The notes under the pieces are model-generated. The model was not told where the DNA came from. It saw only the letters and a program-made list of their open reading frames with translations, and searched no databases. The translations under genes and the position numbers were made by a program. From contig OZ245817.1 of assembly GCA_965228475.1 (NCBI GenBank), positions 2,912,001 to 2,976,000 of the forward strand: a stretch of DNA of 64,000 nt, read 5' to 3'. This DNA is from Myxococcota bacterium (lineage in GTDB: Bacteria > Myxococcota_A > UBA9160 > JAFDDA01). Shown here one piece after another: positions 1 to 9,049 of this stretch; position 1 is the first letter of the stretch; every line of letters begins with the position of its first letter.

Positions 1-2
1 GC

Positions 3-1778
3 GCACTCGGAGCGGGCATTGCCGGCGAGATCAAACCCCCGGACCCCTGGGACGACATCGCCGGCCTCGAGTTCGGCGCGCGCATCGAGTTCCGATGGGG
101 GCGGTTCAGCGTCGCCATCACGGACTTCTACGGCTTCGACGACGTCCCCGCGATCGAGCTCTTCAACGAGTACGAGCGCAAGGTCGACCCGCAGACCGGG
201 CGGCCCCTCGCCGGCGACGGTTCCCGTCTCACGGCCTCGAACGCACTCCTGGGTGCTGCGGCCAACCGGCAGGGATTCGACGTCGGCTGCGCCGCGAGCC
301 AGGGCTTTGGCCAACGCGCCCTGCTCGCCCTCGTCGGCGGGAGCGGCATCGTCCCGGACATCAGCGACCGCTGCCTCGGTGACGTCGTGAACCTGCGCGA
401 CCCGGTCACGCTGATCACGAACCTGCTCGGCCCACCGATCGGCATCGTGGGCGAGGTCCCGAACGTGATCGGGGCCGTTCTCGCTGGCCAGACCGCCGGC
501 AACCTCATCCTCGAGGGCGCCCTGAACGGACTCGATGCAGCCCTGATCTCCTTCGTCGGCATGACCCTCCCCCAGCGCCTGGCGCCGCTCAACCGGGACG
601 CCGCGAGCGACGGCGCCCTCGGCGGCGGCCTCTTCGGCACGAACTGCCCGGGCGGCGCGATCGGCCTGGTGCTCTGCCCCGCGCTCTCGGACGACAACCT
701 GAGCTTCTACCTGAGCGACGCCCAGGAAGCCCTGCTCGGCTGCGGGCCCTTCTACGGGACGGACTGCGACGTCCAAGGCATCGACTTCTTCCACACCGAA
801 GCGAGCGTCCTGCTCCAGGCGGTACCCGGCTTCGAGGACAACCCGGTCGCCACGCGCTTCGTCGACGGGCGGCTCGTGATGCTCCCCGGCTCGCGCGGCC
901 CGGGCGACCCGGGCTACGACGTGCGGGTCGACGGAACCCCCCCGGCCGGTTTCCGGAGCGAGATGGCCGCGGTCTCCTTCAACGCGATGCAGGCCATTGC
1001 CGTCCTCGGCATCGCCGAGGGCGACACCGCCTGCAACCTGCTCGACGTCTCCACCTGCGCGGCCGTGCGCGCCTTCGTCGCCCTGACCGGCTCCCAGCGG
1101 CCAGAGCTCCGTTCCGGCGGCAACGGCGCCTACGGACGCCGCGACTTCACCTGGCACGGCGGCGGCCAGGCGCTGATCCGCTACGACCGGCGGAACGTCT
1201 TCGGGGTCTCCTTCGATTTCCCGGAGGACCGCACGAAGAGCAACTGGAGCTTCGAATTCACCTGGGTCGAAGACCAGACCTTCGCGAGCAACACGTCCGA
1301 AGACCTGCTCCAGAAGGCCGACGTGCTGAATCTCACGATCTCCGCCGACCGGCCGACCTTCGTGAACTTCCTCAATGCCAACCGGACGATCTTCCTGAAC
1401 TCCCAGGTCTTCTTCCGCTACATCCCCGACCACGACTCGAGCTTCGACACGAACGGGCCACTCTCGATCCTTGCCACGCTTGCCATCGTGACGGGCTACT
1501 ACCAGGACCGGCTGCTGCCCGCCCTCGTCCTCGTGCACGACTTCTGGTCGGCCTCGGGCGGCGCGATCTTCCAGACCACCTACCGGATCAACGAGGCCTT
1601 CTCGATCACGGCGGGGCTCCTCGCCTTCTACGGGAAGCCCGAGAACAACCGCATCCCGCGCCACCCGATCCAGCTCTTCGACACCCAGACCGAGTTCGAC
1701 GTCGGGACCCGCTTCGACGGTCTCTCGGCGATCTCGGAGCGGGACGAGATCTTCCTGACGCTCCGCTATACGTTCTGA
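3..1778 (+). CDS. DUF1302-like outer-membrane beta-barrel protein (5' truncated by window edge)
   Basis: Frame open from position 3 into ORF 387..1778; amphipathic beta-strand C-terminus ending ERDEIFLTLRYTF; ADRPTFVNFLN motif typical of this family. Confidence 0.65.
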   Translation, partial: ALGAGIAGEIKPPDPWDDIAGLEFGARIEFRWGRFSVAITDFYGFDDVPAIELFNEYERKVDPQTGRPLAGDGSRLTASNALLGAAANRQGFDVGCAASQGFGQRALLALVGGSGIVPDISDRCLGDVVNLRDPVTLITNLLGPPIGIVGEVPNVIGAVLAGQTAGNLILEGALNGLDAALISFVGMTLPQRLAPLNRDAASDGALGGGLFGTNCPGGAIGLVLCPALSDDNLSFYLSDAQEALLGCGPFYGTDCDVQGIDFFHTEASVLLQAVPGFEDNPVATRFVDGRLVMLPGSRGPGDPGYDVRVDGTPPAGFRSEMAAVSFNAMQAIAVLGIAEGDTACNLLDVSTCAAVRAFVALTGSQRPELRSGGNGAYGRRDFTWHGGGQALIRYDRRNVFGVSFDFPEDRTKSNWSFEFTWVEDQTFASNTSEDLLQKADVLNLTISADRPTFVNFLNANRTIFLNSQVFFRYIPDHDSSFDTNGPLSILATLAIVTGYYQDRLLPALVLVHDFWSASGGAIFQTTYRINEAFSITAGLLAFYGKPENNRIPRHPIQLFDTQTEFDVGTRFDGLSAISERDEIFLTLRYTF

Positions 1779-1799
1779 CTCGGAACGGAGGGCCCAAGG

Positions 1800-2783
1800 A
1801 TGAGCGTCAACGAAGCAGAGCCATCGGATCCTCGCCTCGAACCCCGCCTGCGCCCGCTGCTGGCCATCTTCGGCCGGCTGCGGGACGACCCGGACGCCAA
1901 CATGGCCACGCTCCGCGAGCAGGGCGCGAGGCTGAACCGCGCGGCCGGCTGGCTGCTCGTCCGGCACGGGCCCCGCGACGTCGAGACCTCGGAGGTCTCG
2001 GCTCCGGTCGACGGCGGAGAGATCCGCATCCGCATCTACCGTCCGCGTTCGACCGCCGGCCAGCGCCTTCCGCTCTACGTCTTCCTGCACGGCGGTGGCT
2101 GGTGCGTCGGCAACCTCGACGAACGCGACCCCCGGTGCCGGACCATCGCGGCCGAAGCCCGCTGCGTCGTCGCCTCGGTCGACTACCGGCTGGCGCCCGA
2201 GAACCGCTACCCCGTTCCCCTCGAGGACTGCTACGCCGCGCTCTGCTGGCTCGCCGGAAACGGCGACCGTTTCGAGATCGATCCAACGCGGATCGCGATC
2301 GGTGGGGAATCCGCGGGCGGGAACCTCGCCGCTGCGGTGTGCCTTCTCGCGCGGAATCGGTCGGGCCCGGCGCTGTGCCACCAATGGCTGGACGTCCCGT
2401 CGGTGGATGCGACGTGTACGCAGGAAGGGTTCGCCAACGTCGAGGACGGCTACATGCTCGACACCGCGATGATCGACCGCTTCCTCGCGTGCTACCTCGA
2501 CGACGCCCAGGATCGCAGGGACCCCCTCGTCTCGCCGCTGTTCGCGGCGGACCACTCGGGCCTCCCGCCGGCCTTCATCACCACCTGCGAGTTCGACCAC
2601 CTGCGCGGAGACGGCGCCGCCTACGCCGAGGTCTTGACCAAGGCCGGCGTCGCCGCGGAGCACGCTCGCCTGGCGGGCCACATCCACGCCTCCTTCGCGC
2701 TCACCCGCCTGCTTCCGTCGGCGCGCGCGCACGAAGAGCGAGCGATCGAGGCGCTCGCAGCGGCCTTCCGCCGCGCCGCCTGA
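1800..2783 (+). CDS. HSL-family esterase/lipase (alpha/beta hydrolase fold 3)
   Basis: HGGGW, VDYRLAPE, GESAGG nucleophile, EFDHLR and GHIHA motifs. Confidence 0.9.
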   Translation: MSVNEAEPSDPRLEPRLRPLLAIFGRLRDDPDANMATLREQGARLNRAAGWLLVRHGPRDVETSEVSAPVDGGEIRIRIYRPRSTAGQRLPLYVFLHGGGWCVGNLDERDPRCRTIAAEARCVVASVDYRLAPENRYPVPLEDCYAALCWLAGNGDRFEIDPTRIAIGGESAGGNLAAAVCLLARNRSGPALCHQWLDVPSVDATCTQEGFANVEDGYMLDTAMIDRFLACYLDDAQDRRDPLVSPLFAADHSGLPPAFITTCEFDHLRGDGAAYAEVLTKAGVAAEHARLAGHIHASFALTRLLPSARAHEERAIEALAAAFRRAA

Positions 2784-2787
2784 CGGC

Positions 2788-2991
2788 TCAGTCGATCGGG
2801 CGGTCCCAATCGGCCGGGTGGTCGAGCTCCGGGTCCGGCTCGGCGTCTCCACCGAGCTGCCGCTCGAGCATCTTCTTGGCAAGACCATCGAGGCCCGTGG
2901 TCCGGGTCGTCATGGCCCGCCGCGCCAGCCGGGTCAACAGCTCGACCTTCAGCTCGCGCACGCGCTGATCCCGCTCGCTGCGAATCGTCAT
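2788..2991 (-). CDS. Small hypothetical protein (67 aa) coupled to the molybdopterin enzyme
   Basis: ATG at 2991 overlaps the upstream TGA (ATGA); protein-like sequence MTIRSERDQRVRELKVELL... Confidence 0.6.
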   Translation of the reverse strand: MTIRSERDQRVRELKVELLTRLARRAMTTRTTGLDGLAKKMLERQLGGDAEPDPELDHPADWDRPID

Positions 2992-5213
2992 TGCGCCCCC
3001 AGGGTCGTCGCGGACATGCCCTCGGGCGGGTCGCAAGGCACGAGCCTTCCCGGGTAGCCCTTGAAGTGCGGGATCCCCTGCTCGCGGTCGAGCAGCTCGT
3101 CGGTGTCGACGGTGAGGACGGCATCCGAGGAAACGAAGGCACCGGCGAGATCGAGATTCCCGCGGGTTTCCGGGTACCACCAGCCGTGCGGGACCCGCAC
3201 GTGGCCCGGCCGCATCCCGGCCTGCACGCTGACCTTGGCGTGGACGTGGCCGTGCTCGGTTTCGAGCCGCGCCCACGCGCCGTCGACGAGCCCCTCGCGC
3301 GCGGCGTCCTCGGGATGGACGTAGAAGTGCGGAGCCGGCTGGCGTCGGCGCAAGACGCCGACGTTGCGCTGCCCGGTCTGGAAGAACGGGTCCTCGCGCA
3401 CCCCCGAGAACACGAGGTAGGGGTACTCCGCGGTCGGCGCCGGCGCGGGCCGGTGATAGGGAAGCGGGTCGAAGCCGAGGTCCGCGAGGATCGAAGAAGA
3501 GAGCTCGACCTTGCCCGACGGCGTCGCGAAGCCCTTCTTGCGGTACTTGCGGAACTTCGGGACCGGCAGGTCCATCACGGTCGTCTCGCGGAACTCCTTC
3601 CAGGTGCGCCCGGAGGGCTCGAGCCGATGGTCGTGGAGCGCCTCGGCCGTCTCCCAGGGGAAATGCGCGCCGAGGCCCATCCGGTGGGCGAGATCCGTCC
3701 AGAACCGGAAGGTCGAGCTCGCCTCCTCGGGCGCCTCCGCAACGGCCTCCGAGAGGGCCAGGCGGTCGCTCCAGGCCCAGGTGTCGGCGATGTGGTTGCG
3801 TTCGCTGAATACGTCGCCCGGCAGCACGTAGTCGGCGAGCATCGCCGTCGGCGTCATGAAGATCTCGTGGGCGACGATCAGGTCCTGGTTCATCAGCGCG
3901 CGGCGGATCTGATGCTGGTTCGGGTACGAGAGCAGCGTGTTGTTGCCGAGCGTGAAGAAGGCCTTCACCGGGTACGGGTCCCCGTCCGCCATCGCGCGGA
4001 AGACCTCGGTCGGGTTGGCCATGTGGCAGCCCATGACCTGGTCGACCCACGGCTCGCCCCAGACGCGCTCGAGGTGGGGCTTCAGGATCTCCGCCGTCCG
4101 GTAGGTGTAGACCGGGTGCTTCTCGTAGCCGAGCTGCTTCTTGCGCTGCTCGGGCGAGATCACGTCGTGGAGCTGGAGCTCCGCCTCGCTGCGCCAATCG
4201 TCACGAAGCCCGTGCAGGAGCTCGCCGCCCACGACGTCGAGGTTCCCGGTGATCGCACGAAGGATCGATTGCAGGCGGATCCCCGAGGTCGAGTCGAGCT
4301 GCTGGTCGGTGATCGGGGTCCAGGGAATGACGGCGCCGTCGGCATTCGCGTAGATGCGCGCGGCCTCGGCGATCTTCTCCGCGTCGACGCCGGTGATCTC
4401 GGCGACCCGCTCGAGGGGGTACTCGTCGACGCGCTCGGCGAGCTCCTTGAAGCCGACGCACCAATCGCGGACGAAGTCCTTGTCGTAGAGCCCCTCGTCG
4501 ATGATCACCTTGGTCATGCCGAGCAGCAGCGCGGCGTCCGTTCCGGCGCGGATCTGCAGGTGGAGCGTCGCGCGCTCGGCCTGCTCCGAGACCCGGGGGT
4601 CGACGACGATCGTCTTGGCGCCGCGCTTCCGGGCCGCTTCGATCATGTTGTAGATCGGCGTCCAGGAGTGCTTGCGCGGATTGTGGCCGAGCAGGAGGAT
4701 GCAGTTCGAGGCGGCGATGTCGGGGAACGGCATCCAGCCGTAGGTCAGGCGGTTCACCGCGGCGGTGTTGCCCGCGCAGAGCGCCACGCCCGAAATCCAG
4801 TTGGGCGCGCCGAGCAGGTTCATGAGCCGCCGATCGAGGCCGTAGGTGGTCTGGGTGTTCCAGCCCGAGGTCGAGACGGCGAAGGCCTCCGCGCCGTGGG
4901 CATCGATCACGCCGCGGAGGCGCTCGGCGATCTCGTCCATCGCCTGCTCGTAGGAGATCTCCTCCCAGCGGTCCTCACCGCGGGCGCCGACGCGCTTCAG
5001 CGGCACGCGCAGGCGGTCGGCATGGTTGTGGACGTGCGGCGCGGCCGTCCCCTTGTAACAGACGTTCTTCGCGAGCACGGGCGAGTCGTGGGCTCGCATC
5101 CGCTCGAGCCGTCCATCGACGGACTCGGCGCGCAGCTGGCAGCCGATGTCGCAGATCGAGCAGACGGTGTAGCCGGTTCGCCGCTCGGAGCCGTTGGCGT
5201 GCGGTGCGGTCAT
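2988..5213 (-). CDS. Mo/W-bis-PGD enzyme, acetylene hydratase-like
   Basis: CSICDIGC...C 4Fe-4S motif, LCAGNT metal ligand, GTDAALLLG, ADYVLPG, TPSGKVEL, GVREDPFF, PHGWW; no Tat signal. Confidence 0.88.
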   Translation of the reverse strand: MTAPHANGSERRTGYTVCSICDIGCQLRAESVDGRLERMRAHDSPVLAKNVCYKGTAAPHVHNHADRLRVPLKRVGARGEDRWEEISYEQAMDEIAERLRGVIDAHGAEAFAVSTSGWNTQTTYGLDRRLMNLLGAPNWISGVALCAGNTAAVNRLTYGWMPFPDIAASNCILLLGHNPRKHSWTPIYNMIEAARKRGAKTIVVDPRVSEQAERATLHLQIRAGTDAALLLGMTKVIIDEGLYDKDFVRDWCVGFKELAERVDEYPLERVAEITGVDAEKIAEAARIYANADGAVIPWTPITDQQLDSTSGIRLQSILRAITGNLDVVGGELLHGLRDDWRSEAELQLHDVISPEQRKKQLGYEKHPVYTYRTAEILKPHLERVWGEPWVDQVMGCHMANPTEVFRAMADGDPYPVKAFFTLGNNTLLSYPNQHQIRRALMNQDLIVAHEIFMTPTAMLADYVLPGDVFSERNHIADTWAWSDRLALSEAVAEAPEEASSTFRFWTDLAHRMGLGAHFPWETAEALHDHRLEPSGRTWKEFRETTVMDLPVPKFRKYRKKGFATPSGKVELSSSILADLGFDPLPYHRPAPAPTAEYPYLVFSGVREDPFFQTGQRNVGVLRRRQPAPHFYVHPEDAAREGLVDGAWARLETEHGHVHAKVSVQAGMRPGHVRVPHGWWYPETRGNLDLAGAFVSSDAVLTVDTDELLDREQGIPHFKGYPGRLVPCDPPEGMSATTLGAQ

Positions 5214-5809
5214 CGCGGGGTCTCCCCTTCTCGCCCGATCCGGGCGTCGTGTTCGTGAGCCAGGCGCAGGAGCTGCTCGAGGACGCGCGCCTCGTGTCCC
5301 ACCGGGCCGCCGCTCGTCGCGCGGCCGAGCGCGAGGCCGAGCATCGTCTCCCGCGCCAGCAGGACGAAGGTTTGCGCGGGCTCGTCGACCAGCACATCCG
5401 GGCGCGTCTCGGGGGAGACGAGCTTCGCGAAGCGTTCGACCACCGGCCCGATCGAGGCCCCGAGCGCCGGATCGTTCGCCGCCGCGAGCCAGGCCTCGAT
5501 CACGACCTTGAAATCGATCGTCGTCATCGTCTCCCAGGTCGTGGTCACGAGATCCGTGACGCTGGCGGGCGACGGCCGGGCCGCCGCCGCGGCCGAGAGC
5601 GCGGCGTAGCGATGCTCGAGGGCGGCGGCGAAGAGCCCCGGCAGCCCCTGGAAGTGGTGGACGAAGGCGCCGCGGGTCAGGCCGGCCCGGCCGCAGACGG
5701 CCACCGAGGTGACGCCTCCCCAGCCGCTTTCGACCAGAAGCTCGAGGGTCGCCCGAATGAGGGCTTCTCTCGTGCCCGCAGAACGCTCGGCCTGGGTTCG
5801 TCTCGCCAT
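5210..5809 (-). CDS. TetR/AcrR family regulator
   Basis: MARRTQAERS...TREALIRAT...GLTRGAFVHHF HTH; stop overlaps the next start. Confidence 0.9.
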   Translation of the reverse strand: MARRTQAERSAGTREALIRATLELLVESGWGGVTSVAVCGRAGLTRGAFVHHFQGLPGLFAAALEHRYAALSAAAAARPSPASVTDLVTTTWETMTTIDFKVVIEAWLAAANDPALGASIGPVVERFAKLVSPETRPDVLVDEPAQTFVLLARETMLGLALGRATSGGPVGHEARVLEQLLRLAHEHDARIGREGETPR

Positions 5810-5873
5810 GGAGGGAACCCTAGCATAATTATTCATCGATGTATGTATCTTTCTACCCTGCTATCGTGAGGCC

Positions 5874-6569
5874 GTGCCCGGCGGCTTCGCGCGGCTGAGG
5901 GGCGAACACGCCCTCGCCGTCTACATCGATCTCAAGAGTCCCTACGCCTACCTCGCGATCGACCCGACGCGGGCCATGGCCGCGCGCCTCGGCGTACCGA
6001 TCGACTGGCGCCCCTTCACCCTCGACATCCCGAGCTATCTCGGCTCCGCCAAGCTCGCCAAGGGCGGCCGCAAGGTCGAGAAGGCGGAGCGCAGTGCGAC
6101 CCAGTGGTCGGGCGTGAAGTACGCCTACATGGACGCCCGCCGCTACGCGAACCTCACCGGCAAGACGGTGCGCGGCACGGTGAAGATCTGGGATTCGAAC
6201 CTCGCCGGGATCGCCATGCTCTGGGCGAAGCGGCACGGCGCCGAAGCGCTCGACCGCGTGCTCGACGCGGCCTACCCGGTGTTCTGGCGCCGCGAGCTCG
6301 ACATCGAAGACCTCGCCGTCCTCGAGGGCGTGCTCACCGCGGCGCGCGTTCCGCTCGACGGTTTCCGCCCCTACGTCGAGGGCGAAGGCCGCACGGAGCA
6401 CGACGCCCTGAACGAGGCCGCGTTCGATGCGGGGGTCTACGGCGTACCGACCTACCTCGCCGGGGACGAGGCCTGGTTCGGCCGGGAGCACCTTCCGCGG
6501 GTGTCCTGGCTCCTGGCGGGCCGTCCGGGGCCCCCGCCCGACGTCGCCAATCGGAGCTTCGCCCCGTGA
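5874..6569 (+). CDS. DsbA-like / 2-hydroxychromene-2-carboxylate isomerase (kappa-GST) family
   Basis: YIDLKSPYAYL, IDWRPF, GVYGVPTY, WFGREHL. Confidence 0.85.
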   Translation: MPGGFARLRGEHALAVYIDLKSPYAYLAIDPTRAMAARLGVPIDWRPFTLDIPSYLGSAKLAKGGRKVEKAERSATQWSGVKYAYMDARRYANLTGKTVRGTVKIWDSNLAGIAMLWAKRHGAEALDRVLDAAYPVFWRRELDIEDLAVLEGVLTAARVPLDGFRPYVEGEGRTEHDALNEAAFDAGVYGVPTYLAGDEAWFGREHLPRVSWLLAGRPGPPPDVANRSFAP

Positions 6570-7210
6570 GCTTCGGGGATCGCATCGACGCGTCCACGCT
6601 GACCGTGCTGCTCGACGTGCGCCAGCCGCTCGCGTACCTGGCGCTCGGGCCCGCGGCGGCTTTCGGCGACGAGCGCGGCGTCGCGATCAACTGGCTCCCC
6701 TTCGCGGTACCGCCGCTTCGCGCGCCGAGCGAGCCCGGCCCGGACGACGACCGCAGCACCCGCCACCGCCGAAACCGAGCGCGAATGATCGCGCGGGAGA
6801 TCGAGACCTACGCCGCAGCGCAGGGGCTCACGCTACGCGAGTACTACCGGGACGGCGGAGCGACCGCCGTCGAGCTCGGTTGGCTCTGGATGCGTGAGCA
6901 CGCACCGCGGCAGCTCGTTCCCTTCCTCTCGGAGGTGTTCCGGGCCTACTGGGCCGTCGAGCTCGACCCGGAGGACATCGCTGCCGTCGCGCGCGTGGTC
7001 GGCGCGGAAGGCGGCGACGCCGACGCCTTCGCCGCATGGGCCGCCGAAGACGGGCCGGAGCACACGCGCCGCCTTCGGGAAGCGCTGCGCGAGCGCGGCG
7101 TCAGCGGAGCACCGAGCTACCTCGTCGAGGGCGAATACTTTCAGGGGAGGCAGCACCTCCCGATGATCGGCTGGATCCTCGACGGCCGGAACGGCCCGGG
7201 ACCGATCTGA
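6566..7210 (+). CDS. Second DsbA-like / HCCA isomerase family protein
   Basis: GTG overlaps the previous TGA; LDVRQPLAYL, INWLPF, GVSGAPSY, FQGRQHL. Confidence 0.8.
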   Translation: MSFGDRIDASTLTVLLDVRQPLAYLALGPAAAFGDERGVAINWLPFAVPPLRAPSEPGPDDDRSTRHRRNRARMIAREIETYAAAQGLTLREYYRDGGATAVELGWLWMREHAPRQLVPFLSEVFRAYWAVELDPEDIAAVARVVGAEGGDADAFAAWAAEDGPEHTRRLREALRERGVSGAPSYLVEGEYFQGRQHLPMIGWILDGRNGPGPI

Positions 7211-7316
7211 TCGACCGGGGATATAGGCCCTTCGCGAAGTTCCCACCGGGCCGCCATCCGGGGCGATCGCGAGTCGCGCGAGCTCGTGGGCTTCGTGCGC
7301 CGGCCACACCAGAGGC

Positions 7317-8381
7317 TCACCCCCAGGAGAGAACCGCCGCCCGCTGCGGCGGGACGCCGCCGGCCACCACCCGCCCGTACGCGGCCTCGATGGCCTCCGG
7401 CCCGGCACCCGGCTCGATCTCCAACCAACCCGCCGCCCAGGCCGCGAAGGGATGCCAGGCGTCCGCGAACCTTCGGTGATAGGCCTCGAGCCCCTCCTCG
7501 GCGGCACGCTCCTCGGCCAGGTTCGGGATGAAGAAGAACCGGGGCGAAGGCCCAGGCATCGGGAGCGGCTCCGCGGACGGCGCGCGATGCGTGGCACCGA
7601 GCAGGACGGAGTCGACGAGCCTGTCACCGAGGGCCACGTGGGCCGCGGAAGTCGCGGCGGCGTTCCCCGCGATGTCGACGTAGGCGGTGCGACTCGGGGC
7701 GTCGATGGAGCCGAGCGAGTCGTACGTCAGGACCTCGGAGTACGTGGCGAGGCCCTCGACGAACCCGCGGTGGGTTTCCGAGGTGATGCCGATGCACCGC
7801 GTCGGTGAGCCCAGCCGAGAAATCGACCCCGCGAGCGACAGTGCCGTCTTGCTCGAAGCACTCGAGACGTAGACCGCATCGACGGCACCCGCGAGTTCTT
7901 GCGCGAGCATCCAGCCCGTCATGAAGAGCGCCCACAGGACGGGCTGGACTTCGCTGCCCTCCGCCGTCGAGACGGGGTCGCCCGCGCACCGGTAGTAGCG
8001 GTTGTACCAGGGGTGGAGCGCCTCGCGGTGCGGGCTCGCATCCGAGAAGCAGAGTGGAGTCAACGAGCTCGGGGTGACCACGAGATGAGACGCCAGCGGC
8101 AGGAAGCCGAACACGCGCTCCCCCACCTCGAGCTCGGTCGCGCTTGCTGCGACGCGCCCGAACCCCCAGACGGGTACGCACCCCCACCCGTCTTCCGCCG
8201 GGAAGTAGGCCCAGTATCCCAGGGCGTCTCCCATGGCCGCGTAGCTCACGTTGTTCGCCGTCAGTCCGAAGCGCTCGACCTCGATCAAGGCCTGCCCCTC
8301 CCCGATCGGGGGCGGCGCGTTTCGGGAGCGCCTCTGCGTCTTGCCGAGCTCGGACTTGCTGACCCAGATCTCCTCGAACAC
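7317..8381 (-). CDS. DUF2855 family protein (MDR-like)
   Basis: FGLTANNVSYA...LGYWAYFP...VPVWGFG; SSASSKTA; FFFIP. Confidence 0.8.
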   Translation of the reverse strand: MFEEIWVSKSELGKTQRRSRNAPPPIGEGQALIEVERFGLTANNVSYAAMGDALGYWAYFPAEDGWGCVPVWGFGRVAASATELEVGERVFGFLPLASHLVVTPSSLTPLCFSDASPHREALHPWYNRYYRCAGDPVSTAEGSEVQPVLWALFMTGWMLAQELAGAVDAVYVSSASSKTALSLAGSISRLGSPTRCIGITSETHRGFVEGLATYSEVLTYDSLGSIDAPSRTAYVDIAGNAAATSAAHVALGDRLVDSVLLGATHRAPSAEPLPMPGPSPRFFFIPNLAEERAAEEGLEAYHRRFADAWHPFAAWAAGWLEIEPGAGPEAIEAAYGRVVAGGVPPQRAAVLSWG

Positions 8382-8491
8382 GGCGACCCCTCCCTATCTC
8401 GCGAGACCCGCGGGCCCGGTCCGGCAAGATCCTCACGCGGCTATCGGATGGATGTAGAGTACCCGTCCAACTAGCAGGAAGGAGAGCGATC

Positions 8492-9049
8492 GTGACGGCC
8501 GACGAAAGATGGGGGCCGCTCGCGGCCTTGGCGGGGAAGTGGGAAGGGTCCGAGGGGCTCGACGTCGCGTTCTGCCACGCGGAGAACAAGGTGCTCGAGA
8601 CTCCCTTTCGGGAGGAGATCACGTTCGAGCCCTTCGGGCCGGTGGACAACGGATCCCAGCAGATGTTCGGCCTGGACTACCGCATGACGGCATGGCCGAA
8701 CGGAGAGGCCGAGCCCTTCCACATGGAGATCGGGTACTGGCTGTGGGAGCCGAAGGCCCAGGAGGTCTATCGCTGCTTCATGGTGCCGCGGACGACGACG
8801 CTGCTCGCGATGGGAAGTGCGGCGGCGGACAGCACCGCGTTCCGGCTCGAGGCGCGGAACGGTGAAACCACGAACGGCATCTTGTCGAATCCCTACCTGC
8901 AGAAGGCGGCGCGTTGCACGCGCTACTGGGTCGACGTGCGCATCGAGGGCGACGCGTTCTCCTACGAAGAGACCACCGAACTCCAGATGACGGGGCGCGA
9001 CGAACCGCTGGCCCATACGGATCGGAACCGGCTCACGCGCGTCGGCTAG
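8492..9049 (+). CDS. Nitrobindin/FABP-like heme-binding beta-barrel (DUF1794)
   Basis: GPLAALAGKWEG, FHMEIGYWLW, HTDRNRL; GGAG RBS. Confidence 0.85.
   Translation: MTADERWGPLAALAGKWEGSEGLDVAFCHAENKVLETPFREEITFEPFGPVDNGSQQMFGLDYRMTAWPNGEAEPFHMEIGYWLWEPKAQEVYRCFMVPRTTTLLAMGSAAADSTAFRLEARNGETTNGILSNPYLQKAARCTRYWVDVRIEGDAFSYEETTELQMTGRDEPLAHTDRNRLTRVG

Noticed and set aside
2991..5258. Long antisense and alternate-frame ORFs (e.g. 2991-5258, 33723-36542, 33818-36529, 43058-45592, and the N-terminal part of 23810-27367)
   Set aside because: Shadow ORFs from high GC; Arg/Pro/Gly-rich, motif-free and overlapping well-supported genes.
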